A DNA stretch of 64,000 bases from a plasmid. Below are positions 61,876-64,000 of the stretch, one piece after another. Below the pieces are notes generated by a model. It saw only the letters and a program-made list of their open reading frames with translations. It was not told where the DNA came from and did no database searches. The stretch is from sequence record NZ_CP143948.1. One strand, written 5' to 3'. Position 1 is the stretch's first letter. Every line of letters begins with the position of its first letter. The position numbers and the translations under genes are program-made.

Positions 61876-61902
61876 TAGTAAAAAATTATAATACTGAATA
61901 GA

Positions 61903-62940
61903 ATGGAGTTTAATATGACGCTTAAGGATATTGCCGAAATGGCAGGTGTGAGCACAATGACCGTCTCAAACGTAATCAACGGAAAGACAAGCCGTGTTTC
62001 ACAGAAAACAAGGGATAAAATCAATTCAATTATAGAGGAATATAATTATGTTCCGAATATGAACGCAAGAAGTCTTTCAAACAATTCCTCACACATTATC
62101 GGAGTTGTTACATTTCTGGAGGATAAGGATTATGCTTCAGGATACAATTATTTTGAGAACCCATATGTCAGTACAATGATTGGTACGATAGAGACAGAGC
62201 TTCACAAAAACGGATACTTCACCATGCTTCAATCAGTATCCAGAAGCTCCGACATATTATCTTTGGTTAAGAACTGGAATGTCGATGGGATGATTCTGGT
62301 TTTCCCCACCTCTGCCCAAAATCTTGAAAAGCTGATGGATGCAGCCAACTGCCCTATTGCTACCTTTGACAGCAATTACTCTCACCCTAATCTCATAAAT
62401 GTAATATCTGATGACGAAAAGGGCTTATATTTGTCAACCAAATATATGATAAATCACGGTCACACCGAGATTGCATTTGCAACTGATTATGAGGGAAATA
62501 TCGTCCTCACCAAACGTTTTAACGGATACAAAAAAGCTTTGGAGGACAGTCATATTCCTTTCCGTCCTGAATATATTTTCAGCTATCCACCTTCATATGA
62601 GGGCGGTATCGAAGCCGGCCGTGCCATTGCAGGCAGCAAGTCACCAATCACAGCAGTGGTAACAACTGCCGATATATGTGCTATCGGCATCATGGAGGGT
62701 GCGCGTCTCGGCGGTTACCGTGTCCCGATTGATTTATCTGTCATAGGCTATGATAATTTGAATCTATGCCAGTACACCGTACCGAAGCTTACATCGGTAT
62801 CACAAAATGTACCAAAAAAAGCCCGGCTTGCAACCGAGCTTCTCCTAAAGAAAATACATGACAATGAATCAGACAGTAATTTGGGTGAGATTATGGATGT
62901 TGAGATTGTTGACAGGCAATCCGTCATCTCGCTTTATTAA
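61903..62940 (+). CDS. LacI-family transcriptional regulator (start probably at MTLKDIA, 61915)
   Basis: HTH MTLKDIAEMAGVSTMTVSNVINGK. Confidence 0.85.
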   Translation: MEFNMTLKDIAEMAGVSTMTVSNVINGKTSRVSQKTRDKINSIIEEYNYVPNMNARSLSNNSSHIIGVVTFLEDKDYASGYNYFENPYVSTMIGTIETELHKNGYFTMLQSVSRSSDILSLVKNWNVDGMILVFPTSAQNLEKLMDAANCPIATFDSNYSHPNLINVISDDEKGLYLSTKYMINHGHTEIAFATDYEGNIVLTKRFNGYKKALEDSHIPFRPEYIFSYPPSYEGGIEAGRAIAGSKSPITAVVTTADICAIGIMEGARLGGYRVPIDLSVIGYDNLNLCQYTVPKLTSVSQNVPKKARLATELLLKKIHDNESDSNLGEIMDVEIVDRQSVISLY

Positions 62941-62992
62941 GCCGATAACCGACCTACTCCCTGTGCACACGCTTGTTTTCATACATTTTCCA

Positions 62993-64000
62993 TTATCTTG
63001 TCAAATCCTTTACCCACTTGTATTTTTTAAAATGGATGAGTGTCCACGGTATCTTTCCAACCTCATCCACGCAGGTGCACGCATATACCACAACCACCGG
63101 CCAGTTCAAAAAATATGTGCCTGCAACTGCAAGCGGTATTGCTATGCCCCACATCGTCACAGCAAGAGAGTACATATCAAACATCGTATCTCCTCCCGAA
63201 CCAAAGACACCGTTTATGATGATTTCATTTACCGATCGTCCAATCATGTAGAAGGCAAGTACACCGAATAACTGCTTCAGATACTCTGCAGCCTGCGGTG
63301 TGAGCTTTACAAAATGTAAAATCACCGGTGCTGAAACCGCCATAAGCACTGTCATAACAGCTCCACACAAAAATGACAGCTTTGCCATTCTGATGCCATA
63401 TGCTTTTCCACGCTTTAAATTCCCTGCGCCAAGCTCATTTCCTATCATAATGCCTGCTGCACTTGATATACCTGCACTGAGACAGCAAATGATATCACGC
63501 ACAACCGCTGCGACGGAGTTGGCCGCTGCCGCATCTGTTCCCATGTGTCCCATAAATGTAGAGTACGATGTAAAGCCTATTCCCCATACAAGGCTTGCTC
63601 CGAGAATCGGTCCGGAGCACTTCATAAAATCTGCTGACAGCTCCTTGTTTCTCACCAAAAGCTCCCGGATTTTAAGCCTGATATATCCCGGTCTGTAAGA
63701 AAATGTGATTGAAAGCATAAGCTCCAGCACTCTTGATATGAGTGTGGCAAGTGCCGCTCCCCTCACATTCATGCTCTCGATGCCAAATGCACCATAGATA
63801 AATATGGCATTGAGCATTATGTTTATAAGCACTGTAATTGAGCTGACTGCCGCCGCAGTACCCGCGTGCTCTGATATCTTCATCATGACTATATAACACT
63901 GCGAAAAACCAGTCAATAAATATGAAAAAGAAGCTATTTTCAGATAGCTTACACCATAATCTATAAGCACCGGCTCGTTTGTGAAAATAAGCATCAGATA
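62993..64000 (-). CDS. MATE-family efflux transporter, C-terminal part (the gene continues beyond the window end)
   Basis: Polytopic; the ORF is still open at the window edge; MATE-like composition. Confidence 0.6.
   Translation of the reverse strand, partial: YLMLIFTNEPVLIDYGVSYLKIASFSYLLTGFSQCYIVMMKISEHAGTAAAVSSITVLINIMLNAIFIYGAFGIESMNVRGAALATLISRVLELMLSITFSYRPGYIRLKIRELLVRNKELSADFMKCSGPILGASLVWGIGFTSYSTFMGHMGTDAAAANSVAAVVRDIICCLSAGISSAAGIMIGNELGAGNLKRGKAYGIRMAKLSFLCGAVMTVLMAVSAPVILHFVKLTPQAAEYLKQLFGVLAFYMIGRSVNEIIINGVFGSGGDTMFDMYSLAVTMWGIAIPLAVAGTYFLNWPVVVVYACTCVDEVGKIPWTLIHFKKYKWVKDLTR

Noticed and set aside
63300-63698. 132-aa plus-strand ORF near the window end
   Set aside because: It is antisense to the MATE transporter gene and has no RBS.

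Overview
This 64-kb window looks like chromosomal DNA from a spore-forming, motile Firmicute of the Clostridia/Lachnospiraceae type, with roughly 40-45% GC and the carbohydrate and sporulation loci below. About 50 protein genes are dense on both strands, alongside one tRNA-Tyr. The content is: (i) a coiled-coil NlpC/P60 cell-wall hydrolase, a SpoVID-like DUF3794+LysM protein, veg and plsC; (ii) an AT-rich galactan-utilisation island (LacI regulator, ABC transporter, two GH53 galactanases, one of them cytoplasmic); (iii) a maltodextrin locus (lipoprotein GH13 amylase, malEFG-like transporter, malQ, LacI regulator); (iv) a conserved housekeeping and sporulation block (tRNA-Tyr, ftsH, hpt, tilS, spoIIE, divIC-like, yabP, yabO, hup) that matches Bacillus synteny; (v) cca, an archaeal-type proS and glxK; (vi) a c-di-GMP/chemotaxis cluster (GGDEF cyclase, hemerythrin, GntR, EAL phosphodiesterase, MCP); (vii) a twin-GH31 alpha-glycosidase locus with its ABC transporter and LacI regulator. 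Three findings stand out. First, three co-oriented copies of a ~265-bp non-coding element whose 34-46-bp terminal stems are perfectly self-complementary yet unrelated between copies, around a conserved core full of covarying hairpins; this could be a new structured RNA or an unusual mobile element. Second, an AT-rich two-gene islet (38100-39530) encoding a miniature ABC/RecF-like ATPase with an unknown C-terminal domain plus a small partner, possibly a defence module. Third, a phased array of four direct repeats in front of an AT-rich DUF4143 AAA ATPase gene.
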